Below are positions 51,071 through 60,401 of a stretch of 64,000 nt of DNA, piece after piece. The stretch's first letter is position 1. Each line of letters opens with the position of its first letter. Made by a program: the position numbers and the translations under genes. The DNA lies in the NCBI GenBank assembly GCA_965202985.1, contig CBDBCF010000001.1:2496001-2560000 (forward strand). The letters are read 5' to 3'. Below the pieces are notes generated by a model. It was not told the DNA's origin. It saw nothing but the letters and a program-made list of their open reading frames with translations, and made no database searches. The stretch is from Longimicrobiales bacterium. GTDB taxonomy: Bacteria; Gemmatimonadota; Gemmatimonadetes; Longimicrobiales; Gaopeijiaceae.

Positions 51071-51844
51071 TTACGCAGCCCTCGTCATCCGTCCGGTGGC
51101 GACGGACCGCCAAACGCCCAGGGCGCCGACCGCGATCCATCCCGCGGCGCAGCCCAGGCACGCCAGCAGCGGCTGCACGCGAAACGGCCGGTCGCCCGTG
51201 AGCCCCAACGTGAAGTGCAGCAGGTCCACCGTCGGGAACAGCAAGATGCGGGCCAATCGCACGGCGCCGCCCCTTTCCAGCTCCGGGTTCTCGAACTCCG
51301 GCGCAAAGGCGAACAGCGCGAGCAGGAACAGCAGCACGACCGCCCCCCGGCCCCCCTTGTCGAACCACGCCGCCATGCCGAACGCCATCGAAGCGACCAC
51401 GAACGAACCCAACGCGGCCACGGGCAGCACGTAGCCCAACGGCCGCTCCGGCTGCCAACCCCGCGCCTCGCCGTACCCCATCATCGCGATGCCGCACAAG
51501 ACGACGACGCCCACCGACAGTGCCATCGTCTCGGCCACGCGAGCAGCTAGGTACCGCCCTTCCCGCACCGGCTTGTGCAGCCACAGCGCACTCTCCGGGC
51601 CGAACATCTCCCGGGGACTCGCAGACAAGATCAGGGGAACGGCGACAAACACCGCGACCATGCCGACGACCCAGTATATGAAGCGCTCTCCGTCCCACGT
51701 CACGAGCGCCAAGGCCCCCGCGACCGCGATCAGGATTCCCATCCCCTTGGTCCGCGAGCGCACCAGCAGCACGATCCGCCGTTCGAAAGGGACCAGGGGC
51801 CGGGTCATCGGCAGGCGCGGGTCCAATCGGCGGGCGCAAGTCAT
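51071..51844 (-). CDS. ABC transporter permease-like membrane protein (start 51844 or 51808)
   Basis: About six hydrophobic segments, KPVRE..YL.AR motif; directly downstream of an ABC ATPase. Confidence 0.65.
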   Translation of the reverse strand: MTCARRLDPRLPMTRPLVPFERRIVLLVRSRTKGMGILIAVAGALALVTWDGERFIYWVVGMVAVFVAVPLILSASPREMFGPESALWLHKPVREGRYLAARVAETMALSVGVVVLCGIAMMGYGEARGWQPERPLGYVLPVAALGSFVVASMAFGMAAWFDKGGRGAVVLLFLLALFAFAPEFENPELERGGAVRLARILLFPTVDLLHFTLGLTGDRPFRVQPLLACLGCAAGWIAVGALGVWRSVATGRMTRAA

Positions 51845-51857
51845 CCGCGGACGCGAG

Positions 51858-52603
51858 TCACTCGTTGCCGCCGAACAGCTCCGCTTCCAGGCGGGCAGCC
51901 GGCGCGGCCTCCGGGTCCCGGTCGGAGCGCGCCAAGTCCCGGGGAGCCGACGTGCCCCCGTCCCGCAGGAGAACCACCGTGTCCGCGACGCGCTCCACTT
52001 CGGCAAGCTCGTGGCTGGCCACCAGGACGGCGACACCCCGATCCCGGGCGGCCCGAACCTCGCTGCGCAACGCGCGCCGAGCCGGCGGGTCGAGTCCTGC
52101 GAACGGCTCGTCGAGGACCAGAACGGCCGGGTCGCCCGCAAGAGCGCACGCAAACCACAGCCGACGCTGCGTACCGTTCGAGCACTTCGCCGCCTCTTTC
52201 CGAGCGTGACGTCGTCGAAGCGAGCCGTCTCGACCGCGCGGACGTAGGCGTCGCCGCGCGCCTCGGGCTCGACGCACAGGTCCACGCTGCGGGCAAGCAG
52301 GTCCCGCACCGTCCACGCCTTGGGAAGCACGACCTGCTCCGGAACGTACCCCACGCCATGCCGACGCCGGTACTCTGCGGGCGCCAAGCCCCCGACCCGA
52401 CAACGCCCGCTGTCGGGCCGCACGAACCCCAGCAAGGTCCTGAACAGCGTCGTCTTGCCGGCCCCGTTCGGCCCCACCACCGCCACGACCTGGCCGGAGC
52501 GCACGCACACTCCGACGCCTCGAAGCGCCACGTGCCTGCGCAACAACCGCTTGTACGACACCACGACGTCTTCGGCGAAGACTTGAGCTTCGGCAGTGCT
52601 CAC
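51858..52603 (-). pseudogene. ABC transporter ATP-binding protein with 1-bp frameshift (possibly a sequencing error)
   Basis: GPNGAGKTT and GYVPE in one frame; CSNGTQRR, LVLDEPFAGLD and ASH in another; shift near 52197-52199. Confidence 0.8.
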
Positions 52604-52835
52604 CGACGCCCGGCCCGCGACCGCGGCTCGGCCCCGGCGGGTTGGATTGGCCGGAATGGCGGTCTCCCAGACTCGAACGAAAGGTTGCAGACGGGCTGTG
52701 CCGACCCATCATGCGATCCGATTGGCCGGGGGTCAAACGGCTGCATCGGCGTCGCAAGGCCGTCTAACGGGGCAGCCTACCGCGTCCAGGACCGCGCCTC
52801 CGCCTCCCGGGCGTCAAACGCTGAACCCACCCCCC

Positions 52836-52892
52836 TTGACACGCTCAGGCCGATTTCCCAACATTTCTGTTGCCAACGGTTCTGTTGCCAAC
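52836..52892 (+). promoter_or_regulatory. promoter followed by duplicated palindromic operator candidate
   Basis: TTGACA-N17-CAACAT, then TTCTGTTGCCAAC at 52865 and 52880. Confidence 0.55.
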
Positions 52893-52914
52893 AACCTTGA
52901 TGGGAGAAGCGACC

Positions 52915-54174
52915 ATGGGACTCGAGAAGACGCTGGGAAGCCCAGTGGAAGGGAAGAAGTTCTTCGACCGGGAGCACGAGATCGCACTGCTGTCGGAACG
53001 TGTCCGGGAAGGCAACCATACCCTGCTGGTTGGCCAGCGGCGAATGGGGAAGACGAGCGTCGTCCGCGAGCTGTTGCGCCGCCTCCAAGCGACCGGCGAG
53101 TTCGCGACGGTGTTCGTGGACTTCGAGGACGCCCAGAGCCCGGCGGAGACGGTGGTGGAGTTGGCTACGGCCTCGATGCCGATTCGGGGCGTGTGGGATC
53201 GGGCCAAGGGCGCGTTCGCCAACGTCGCTACGGCGGCTGGCCGGCGGATCGACGAGGTGGGATTGTACAGGCTTCGCGTGAAGCTTCGCGACGACATCGA
53301 CTCGGGCAACTGGCGGACCAAGGGCGACGCGGTGCTGGCCGCCTTCGCCGAGCACGACAAGCCCGTGGTGCTGGCGATCGACGAGCTCCCCATCTTCGTC
53401 AACCGCATCCTCAAGGGAAACGACCACAGGACGACGCCTGAAGGCATACGGAGGGCGGACGAATACCTGAGCTGGCTTCGCAAGAACGTCCATCGACATC
53501 AAGGCCGCGTTCGACTGGTCGTGTCCGGAAGCATCGGCCTCATGCCGATCGTCCGGCAAGCCGGCCTCGCTGCCCAAGTCAACGTCTTCTCGCCGTTCGA
53601 ACTGAAGCCGTGGGACGAGCAGACCGCGATGGAATGCTTGCACCAGCTGGCAGCCCATTACGACTTGGACCTGTCGCGCGACGCGCGGCGCGAGATGTGC
53701 CGAAGGCTTCGCTGCTGCGTCCCGCACCACGTCCAGGTCTTCTTTGACAAGGTGCACGAACACCTGCGTCGCTCCAACGCCACGACGGCCACGATCGACG
53801 AAGTGCGGCATGTGTTTGAAGAGGAAATGATCAGCATCCACGAGCATCCGGCGCTTGACCACTATCTCGTCCGGCTGCGAATGGTGCTTGATCCCGAACA
53901 GTACAGCCTTGCCCGGGACCTTCTGACGGAAGCCGCCGTAGCCCAGGGTCGATTGTCCGAGGCCGCGTTGGGGGAGCACTGCCGGCGCTGGCTGTCGGCC
54001 CCGGACAAGAGCGAATCCGATGTCGAGCAAGTGCTTCACGTGTTGGAGCACGACGGCTACCTGGTTTCCGGCGACGACGGGCATCGGTTTGCGTCCGGTT
54101 GGCTGGAGGCTTGGTGGCGCACGCGACACGCACGACGCTTCACCCCTGTTCGCGACCGCACTGGGGACTCATGA
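52915..54174 (+). CDS. P-loop ATPase (archaeal-ATPase/STAND-like) with C-terminal winged helix
   Basis: FFDREHE, GQRRMGKTS, LAIDELP, VSGSIG, LEHDGYL..RFAS.WL..WW; GGAG RBS. Confidence 0.8.
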   Translation: MGLEKTLGSPVEGKKFFDREHEIALLSERVREGNHTLLVGQRRMGKTSVVRELLRRLQATGEFATVFVDFEDAQSPAETVVELATASMPIRGVWDRAKGAFANVATAAGRRIDEVGLYRLRVKLRDDIDSGNWRTKGDAVLAAFAEHDKPVVLAIDELPIFVNRILKGNDHRTTPEGIRRADEYLSWLRKNVHRHQGRVRLVVSGSIGLMPIVRQAGLAAQVNVFSPFELKPWDEQTAMECLHQLAAHYDLDLSRDARREMCRRLRCCVPHHVQVFFDKVHEHLRRSNATTATIDEVRHVFEEEMISIHEHPALDHYLVRLRMVLDPEQYSLARDLLTEAAVAQGRLSEAALGEHCRRWLSAPDKSESDVEQVLHVLEHDGYLVSGDDGHRFASGWLEAWWRTRHARRFTPVRDRTGDS

Positions 54175-56366
54175 TCACCGACCAACACGCGTACAACCCC
54201 GGCTTTCTCTCGGACGACGAGCTGGTGGCGTCGTTCTGCGTGCGCACGAGCGAGTTCGAGTCGCTGATGGAGTCGCTTCGAGAGAGTACTGGAAGGGCAA
54301 ATCAGCACCTAATCGTCATCGGCCCCCGTGGAAGCGGCAAGACCACTCTGCTCCTTCGAGTCGCGGCCGAGCTGCGATCCGATCCGGTTCTGTCTTCACG
54401 TTGGTTGCCCGTCGTGTTCGCCGAGGAAAGCTACCAGGTCGGCACCTGCGGGGAGTTTTGGCTGGAGGCGTTGTCGCGTCTGGCCGACCAAGTTCCCAAT
54501 CGGCCCGACCAGCCGGACCTGCGCCAAAGCGTCGCCGACATCCGCGAGGAACAAGACGACCGAGCCCTGCAAGACCGTTGTCTGGGTGCGCTGCTGGACT
54601 TTGCGGACCGACACGACAAGCGCCTTGTGCTCGTCGTGGAGAACCTGAACATGATCTTTGCCGACATGCAGGACGACGATGCGGGGTGGCGTTTGCGGAA
54701 GACGCTTCAGACCGAGCCCAGAGTGTTGTTGCTGGGCAGCGCGACGAGCAGGTTCGGAGAGATCGACAGGCCGGACAAGGCTCTGTACGACCTCTTCAAG
54801 ATCGTGCAGCTTCGACCTCTCGACTACAACGAATGCGCCGTCCTCTGGGAACGAGTGTCGGGCAAACGTCCCGGCGTCGGCCAGATCCGTTCGTTGCAGA
54901 TCCTTACCGGCGGCAATCCGCGACTATTGGCGGTCGTCGCCCGCTTCGGCGCGGAGCAATCGTTTCGAGGATTGATGTCCAACCTCCTCCATCTGGTGGA
55001 CGACAACACGGCCTACTTCAAGAACCACCTGGAATCGTTGCCGTCTCAGGCACGACGCGTCTACCTTGCTCTTGGCGCGCTCTGGAGACCCTCTACGGCG
55101 CGGGAAGTGGCCGGCCGTGCCCGAATGGACGACACCAGCAAGTGCAGCGCCCAGCTGGCGCGCCTGGTCGATAGCGGCGTCGTGGCGACCGTCGACGACG
55201 CCTCTCATCGCAAGGAATACTACTTGACGGAACGCATGTACAACATCTACTACCTGCTCCGCAACAGCCGTGGAAAAAACAGCCTGGTCGAAGCTCTGAT
55301 CGCGTTTATGATCGACTTCTACTCGCTGCCGGATTTGGCGGCTATCGCCAGAAAGACAGTTGAAAGCCTTGGAGCAGAAGATACAAATGAGATGACTGAA
55401 GACAGAATATTTCTCATACGACTTCTTGAGCAACCCATGCTCCGAGAACACATTAAAGCGATCTCGACTGCATCTGAAGCTATTCGTGATCGTATCACTC
55501 TTGCAAAGCAAGCGACAATGGAGGGCGACTACGTACGCGTGCTTGACCTGTATCCAGGTTTGCGAAAAATCATTGCAGACCATCGCGAAGCTCTAGGGGA
55601 CGAGTATGACTTCCTGGACATCGTGGCAAGCACGTATCACGCTTCCGCACTTCTTATTACGAGCCAGGCAAAAAAGGCGCTTGACGTATTTGATGAAATG
55701 GCGAGACAGTACGGCCAGCGCCACGACCCCGCACTAGCGTCCATACTATGCCGGGTTAGCATTGGCCGCGCCGAGGCATTGCGATCCTTGGGAAGGATAG
55801 ACGAGGCGGTGACGGATTATGGAAGATCGGATGCTCGATTCAAAGCGTTTGTGGCCGACCCGGCAGTTGGCGACCTGCTTGTACTAACCGCAATCGCAAA
55901 AGGCGACTTGCTCGGCCAGCTGGACCGGGCCGAAGAACGAGGAGCGGCCTACGCGCGAGCGGCAGCACTTGCAACCGATATAGTAGAGCAACGCGGTTCG
56001 GCCGAGCCACGTCATGTCCTTCGAGCGCTGGAATCGCGTGCCTATGCCCGCGGCATGACCGGAGACAAGGAAGGTAGCGAGCGGGACGTGACGGAGGCCC
56101 TGGTGTTGCTGACGAAGATCAAGCCGCCCCCGGGCGAGAGCACAGGTCGCATACTCACGTTGGGCGTAGTGCTCGGGTCCGACCGGATGGCCGAACTGAT
56201 TCGGAACTCGCCAGCGGTCAAGACGGCCGGCGTCCTTCTTGCGGGCTTCGAACTGGACATGGGCTTGCAGCCACGGGTGGCGCCCGAGGTTCTGAGGGTG
56301 GCCCAGGACGTCAAGAAGACGCTCGACCTCCGCCGACGGAATCTGGAGTTTGCCCGCTGGATCTAA
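54171..56366 (+). CDS. AAA/STAND-like ATPase with wHTH and TPR-like helical C-terminus
   Basis: YNPGF, GPRGSGKTT, LVVENL, TGGNPRL, TAREVA..SAQLARLVDSG, YYLTERMYNIYY; ATGA-coupled to the upstream ATPase. Confidence 0.8.
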   Translation: MITDQHAYNPGFLSDDELVASFCVRTSEFESLMESLRESTGRANQHLIVIGPRGSGKTTLLLRVAAELRSDPVLSSRWLPVVFAEESYQVGTCGEFWLEALSRLADQVPNRPDQPDLRQSVADIREEQDDRALQDRCLGALLDFADRHDKRLVLVVENLNMIFADMQDDDAGWRLRKTLQTEPRVLLLGSATSRFGEIDRPDKALYDLFKIVQLRPLDYNECAVLWERVSGKRPGVGQIRSLQILTGGNPRLLAVVARFGAEQSFRGLMSNLLHLVDDNTAYFKNHLESLPSQARRVYLALGALWRPSTAREVAGRARMDDTSKCSAQLARLVDSGVVATVDDASHRKEYYLTERMYNIYYLLRNSRGKNSLVEALIAFMIDFYSLPDLAAIARKTVESLGAEDTNEMTEDRIFLIRLLEQPMLREHIKAISTASEAIRDRITLAKQATMEGDYVRVLDLYPGLRKIIADHREALGDEYDFLDIVASTYHASALLITSQAKKALDVFDEMARQYGQRHDPALASILCRVSIGRAEALRSLGRIDEAVTDYGRSDARFKAFVADPAVGDLLVLTAIAKGDLLGQLDRAEERGAAYARAAALATDIVEQRGSAEPRHVLRALESRAYARGMTGDKEGSERDVTEALVLLTKIKPPPGESTGRILTLGVVLGSDRMAELIRNSPAVKTAGVLLAGFELDMGLQPRVAPEVLRVAQDVKKTLDLRRRNLEFARWI

Positions 56367-56407
56367 CCATAGCTCAGGCTGGGCCCATTCCCATTAGCTT
56401 TCCCACC

Positions 56408-58351
56408 ATGAACGTCCCCGCTCCCCCCGCGCCCCCGCGCCCCCTCCGCGTCACCCTCCCCGACGGCCGCCCCGTCGAGCTCCCCACGGACGCCACGGCC
56501 GCCGACCTGGCCGCCCAGATCGGCCCCGGCCTGGCCCGCGCCGCTCTGGCCGCTGTCGTGAACGGCGAGACCGTGGACCTGGACCGCCCCCTGCCGGACG
56601 ACGCGCAGGTCCGCCTGCTCACCGCCCGCGACCCGGAAGCGCTGCCGGTCCTGCGCCACTCCGCCGCGCACGTGCTGGCCACGGCGGTCCGCGAGATCGT
56701 GCCCAGTGCGGGGATCGGCTTCGGCCCCGCCATCGACGACGGCTTCTACTACGACTTCGACGTGCCCGAGCCGTTCACTCCCGAGCAGGTGAAGGCCGTC
56801 GAGGCCAAGATGGCCGAAGTCGCCCGCGCCGCGCATCCGTTCGAGCGCCGGGTGGTCACCAAGGCCGAGGCCCGCGACCTCTTCGCCGACGACGACCTCA
56901 AGCTGGAGCGCCTGGAGGAGTTCGACGACGACGAGACGATCACCGTCTACCAGGACGGCCCCTTCCTGGACTTGTGCAGGGGCCCCCACGTGCCCGACAC
57001 GGGCGCGCTCAAGCACTTCAAGCTGCTCGCGGCCGCCGGCGCCTACTGGCGGGGCGACGAGAAGCGCCGGATGCTGCAGCGCATCTACGGCACGGCCTTC
57101 TTCCGCAAGTCCGACTTGGACGCGCACCTGCAACGCCTGGAAGAGGCCAAGAAGCGCGACCACCGCGTCTTGGGCAAGCAGCTGGACCTGTACTCGATCC
57201 AAGAGGAAGTGGGCTCGGGACTTGTGCTGTGGCACCCCGACGGGGGGCGCGTGCGGCATGTCGTCGAGGACTTCCTCAAGCAGACGCTGATCGAGCACGG
57301 CTACGAGCTGGTGTTCACGCCCCACGTGGCCAGCGAGCAACTGTACAAGCTGTCGGGCCACCTGGACGTCTTCGCGGACGACATGTTCCCGGCCATGGAC
57401 GACGACGGCGAGCGCTTCCGCATGAAGCCGATGAACTGTCCGCATCACTTCATGATCTACCGCTCCGACGTGCGCTCCTATCGCGATCTGCCGGTGCGCT
57501 ACGCCGAACTGGGCACCTGCTACCGCTACGAGCGCTCCGGCGCGCTGCACGGCATGTTGCGCGTGCGTTCCTTCACCCAGGACGACGCCCACATCTTCAT
57601 CCGCGAAGACCAGATCGAGGAAGAGTACGCCCGCCTGCTGGACTTGGAGCACTACCTGCTGGGCGTCTTCGGATACGAATACCGAACCGCGCTCTCCACG
57701 CGCCCCGAAAAGGCGATCGGCGACCCGGCCGTCTACGACGCGGCTTCGGACCGACTGGCCCGCGTCCTGCGCGACCGCGGACTCGACTACGAACTGGACG
57801 AGGGCGGCGGCGCCTTCTACGGCCCCAAGGTGGACGTGCTGGTGACCGACGCCCTGGGCCGGGAGTGGCAAGGCGGCACCTTCCAGCTGGACTTCCTCAT
57901 GCCCCGGCGCTTCGGCCTAGAGTACGTGGGCTCCGACAACCGCCGTCACAACGCCGTCGTCGTGCACCGCACCCTGCTGGGCTCCATGGAGCGCTTCGTG
58001 GGCGGACTGGTCGAGCACTACGGCGGCGCGTTCCCCCTTTGGCTGGCGCCAAGGCAGGTGCGCGTGCTGCCAGTCTCCGAGCAGTGGGCCGCCTCCGCCC
58101 GCGAGTTCGCCGATCGCCTTGTGCGCGAAGGGTTGCGGGCCGAAGTGGACGAGCGCGACACGCTGGCCTATCGCATCCGCACGGCCGAGACGCGCAAGGT
58201 CCCCTACATGGCCATCGTCGGCCAGCGCGAGGCCGAAGCCGGCACCGTGGCCGTCCGCAAGCGCGGCGCCAAGAAGAAGCAAGTGACGATGACGCGCGAC
58301 GCCTTCGCGGAGCAGCTGCGGCAAGAGGTGGCCAGCCGGGCGCTGGATTAG
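56408..58351 (+). CDS. thrS: threonine--tRNA ligase
   Basis: TGS domain, RHSAAH, DLCRGPH, RDHR.LG, KPMNCP.H, RVRSFTQDDAH, GAFYGPK. Confidence 0.97.
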   Translation: MNVPAPPAPPRPLRVTLPDGRPVELPTDATAADLAAQIGPGLARAALAAVVNGETVDLDRPLPDDAQVRLLTARDPEALPVLRHSAAHVLATAVREIVPSAGIGFGPAIDDGFYYDFDVPEPFTPEQVKAVEAKMAEVARAAHPFERRVVTKAEARDLFADDDLKLERLEEFDDDETITVYQDGPFLDLCRGPHVPDTGALKHFKLLAAAGAYWRGDEKRRMLQRIYGTAFFRKSDLDAHLQRLEEAKKRDHRVLGKQLDLYSIQEEVGSGLVLWHPDGGRVRHVVEDFLKQTLIEHGYELVFTPHVASEQLYKLSGHLDVFADDMFPAMDDDGERFRMKPMNCPHHFMIYRSDVRSYRDLPVRYAELGTCYRYERSGALHGMLRVRSFTQDDAHIFIREDQIEEEYARLLDLEHYLLGVFGYEYRTALSTRPEKAIGDPAVYDAASDRLARVLRDRGLDYELDEGGGAFYGPKVDVLVTDALGREWQGGTFQLDFLMPRRFGLEYVGSDNRRHNAVVVHRTLLGSMERFVGGLVEHYGGAFPLWLAPRQVRVLPVSEQWAASAREFADRLVREGLRAEVDERDTLAYRIRTAETRKVPYMAIVGQREAEAGTVAVRKRGAKKKQVTMTRDAFAEQLRQEVASRALD

Positions 58352-58381
58352 GGCGGGAAGCGATCCGGCTCCGACTTGTCG

Positions 58382-59330
58382 CTAGTCCAGCGCCGCCAAC
58401 TCCTCCATCAGTTCCCGCAGGCCGATCGCCTCGACGCCGTCCCCCTTGGGGTAGCGCTCGTCGCCTCCGTAGACGAGGAACGCTCTGTCCACGGGCATGT
58501 CCTGCAACGCGACGAGGAAGCCCTTGGGCAGCCGAGGCGCCGTGCTGCGCTCGATTTCCACCGCCCATCTCCGGTTCCCCGGCAGATCGAGCACCAGGTC
58601 GATCTCGGCGCCGGTAAGCCGTTCGGTAGAAGCTGGCCGTCCGAGATGCGGAGGAGCGCGTGGACGATCCCGCTGTCGCGAACGTAGACCTTCGGCGACT
58701 TGACGAGGCGCTTGCGCACGTTGGCGTGAAGGGGAGGCAGGCGGCGCACCAGCAGCAGGTCGACCATCAGGTCCAGGTAGCGGGCGACGGTCTTGCCGTC
58801 CACGCCCAGGCTCCGGGCCAGCTTGGCGCCGTTCCACACGCCGCCTTGGGAGTGGGCGAGCATGGTCCAGAAGCGTCGCAGCACGACCGCGGGGATGCGA
58901 GGGCCCAGCTCGGGGATGTCCCGCTCCAGGTAGGTGCGCACGAAGCTCTCGCGCCACACAGCGCTCGCCCGCGCGTCCCGGGCGAGAAACGACAACGGGA
59001 AGCCGCCCCGAACCCACAGGCGCATCGCCTCCACCGACCCCATCTCCTGCATGTCCAGGGGCGTCAGCTCCAGGTGTCCGATCCGGCCCGCCAGACTCTC
59101 GCCCGACTGGCGGAGCAGCTCCACCGACGCGAAGCCCAGGATCAGGAACTGGCCGGCCGGCTCGCCTGCGAAGATGCGCTCGTCGATGATCTCCCGCAGC
59201 GTCTGGAAGAGCTCGGGGGCGCGGTGGATCTCGTCCAGGACGACGAGACGGTCGCGAACGGAGCCCAAGTAGCCTGCGGCGTCGGAGAGGCGTTCCAAGC
59301 GTCCGTTTCCGTGGTGCGCTTCGAGCGTAT
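58382..59330 (-). pseudogene. degraded AAA_14 + DUF4143 ATP-binding protein
   Basis: LDEIHRAPELF, QSGESLAGR, LWVRGGFP, YLERD, VKSPKVYVRDSG; Walker A missing; frame break near 58615-58640 before GAEIDL..AVEI. Confidence 0.75.
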
Positions 59331-59534
59331 CGGCGGGGGCAAGGCGGTTCGGACCGCCCGTGTAGTGCACGCTGTCGGTGCCTCTATCGCCTGATCCCGA
59401 CCATTTGCGGGGCGGCCTCATGGTCCACCCACTTAATTTCCTTGCGTTCTGGATGGGGAAGGTGTACTGTACCTACGGATGGGCAGGGCGGGGGGTTGGG
59501 GGAGCGTCCACACAAAGCGCGGAGTGTCCGGGCC

Positions 59535-60131
59535 ATGAAGCCAAGAACCTCGGGTCGGCGGGTTCTGGACGGGAGTATCTTCGTGCTGATGCTCTTGGCG
59601 GCGGTTGCCGTTTGGAGGACCACGAGCGTGAACCGGGAGTATCAAGCAGCCCTCCAGTCCACCGGTCCTCTGGCGAACCGCACCCTTGTGAGGGACAGGT
59701 TGGTGGGCGTGCGCGTGTCGTTGCCGATGATTGAGCGGTCGGAAGATCTCGGTGCCGGGGCGGAGTTGGTGTGGGTCGTAGACTCGGACCGTTGCGACGG
59801 GTGCTTCGGCGACGGCGTGGGGGCGTGGAACGCGCTGGCGGCGGATTCGTCGTTGCGCCGTCATCTGTTGGTAGTCGGTGCGGGCGGCCTTCCCGGCGAG
59901 GTTCGTCGTGCGCTGCGTGGTACGACCGTCACGACGGTAACGCGGGAAGAGGTGGAAGCGGCCCTGGGACCGTTGCTCCCGACGACCAAGTTCCTGGTCG
60001 GGTCGGAGGGCACGGTGCTGCTGGCCGATTCGAGAACTGCAAACTCGGAGTGCGGCTGGAGCTTCGAGGCGCAGGTGGGCGTCCTGCGGGACGTTCTGCC
60101 GAGCGCGCTGATCCGCAACACTCAACCCTAA
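59535..60131 (+). CDS. membrane-anchored thioredoxin-like (CxxC) protein
   Basis: N-terminal TM, LVWVVDSDRCDGC, later PTTKFLV..G.VLL strand pattern; GGAG upstream. Confidence 0.6.
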   Translation: MKPRTSGRRVLDGSIFVLMLLAAVAVWRTTSVNREYQAALQSTGPLANRTLVRDRLVGVRVSLPMIERSEDLGAGAELVWVVDSDRCDGCFGDGVGAWNALAADSSLRRHLLVVGAGGLPGEVRRALRGTTVTTVTREEVEAALGPLLPTTKFLVGSEGTVLLADSRTANSECGWSFEAQVGVLRDVLPSALIRNTQP

Positions 60132-60150
60132 GATCCCAAGGAGGATCGAC

Positions 60151-60393
60151 ATGGAGCTGGTAACGCAGGTTGGTCGCATCGTCGTCGCGGCGGTGCTGGT
60201 GTTCGTGCTGGGGTTCGCTTACGCGACCGTCAGCCCCGTCCCCACGTCGGCGTCTGGAGGATGCGACTCCGACTACTGCCACGACATGCCCGGGAGGGGG
60301 CCGAGCGACGAGTCGTGCGGGGGCAGCGTCTGCGACACTCGGGGGCAGATCTGTTGCTATCCGGAGATAGTAGTCTTCGTACCCCGGTCATAG
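60151..60393 (+). CDS. small secreted six-cysteine peptide
   Basis: AAGGAGGA RBS; hydrophobic signal peptide; C-x4-C-x12-C-x4-C-x6-CC. Confidence 0.75.
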   Translation: MELVTQVGRIVVAAVLVFVLGFAYATVSPVPTSASGGCDSDYCHDMPGRGPSDESCGGSVCDTRGQICCYPEIVVFVPRS

Positions 60394-60401
60394 TCCTAGT
60401 C

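Noticed and set aside
49440..51434. 664-aa ORF spanning hsdR end and cyanophycinase
   Set aside because: Composite of an off-frame hsdR overlap, the real N-terminal half from 50070 and post-frameshift sequence
51071..52603. Apparent ABC ATPase-permease fusion (510 aa)
   Set aside because: Created by the frameshift near 52198; Walker B lies in another frame ending at 51858
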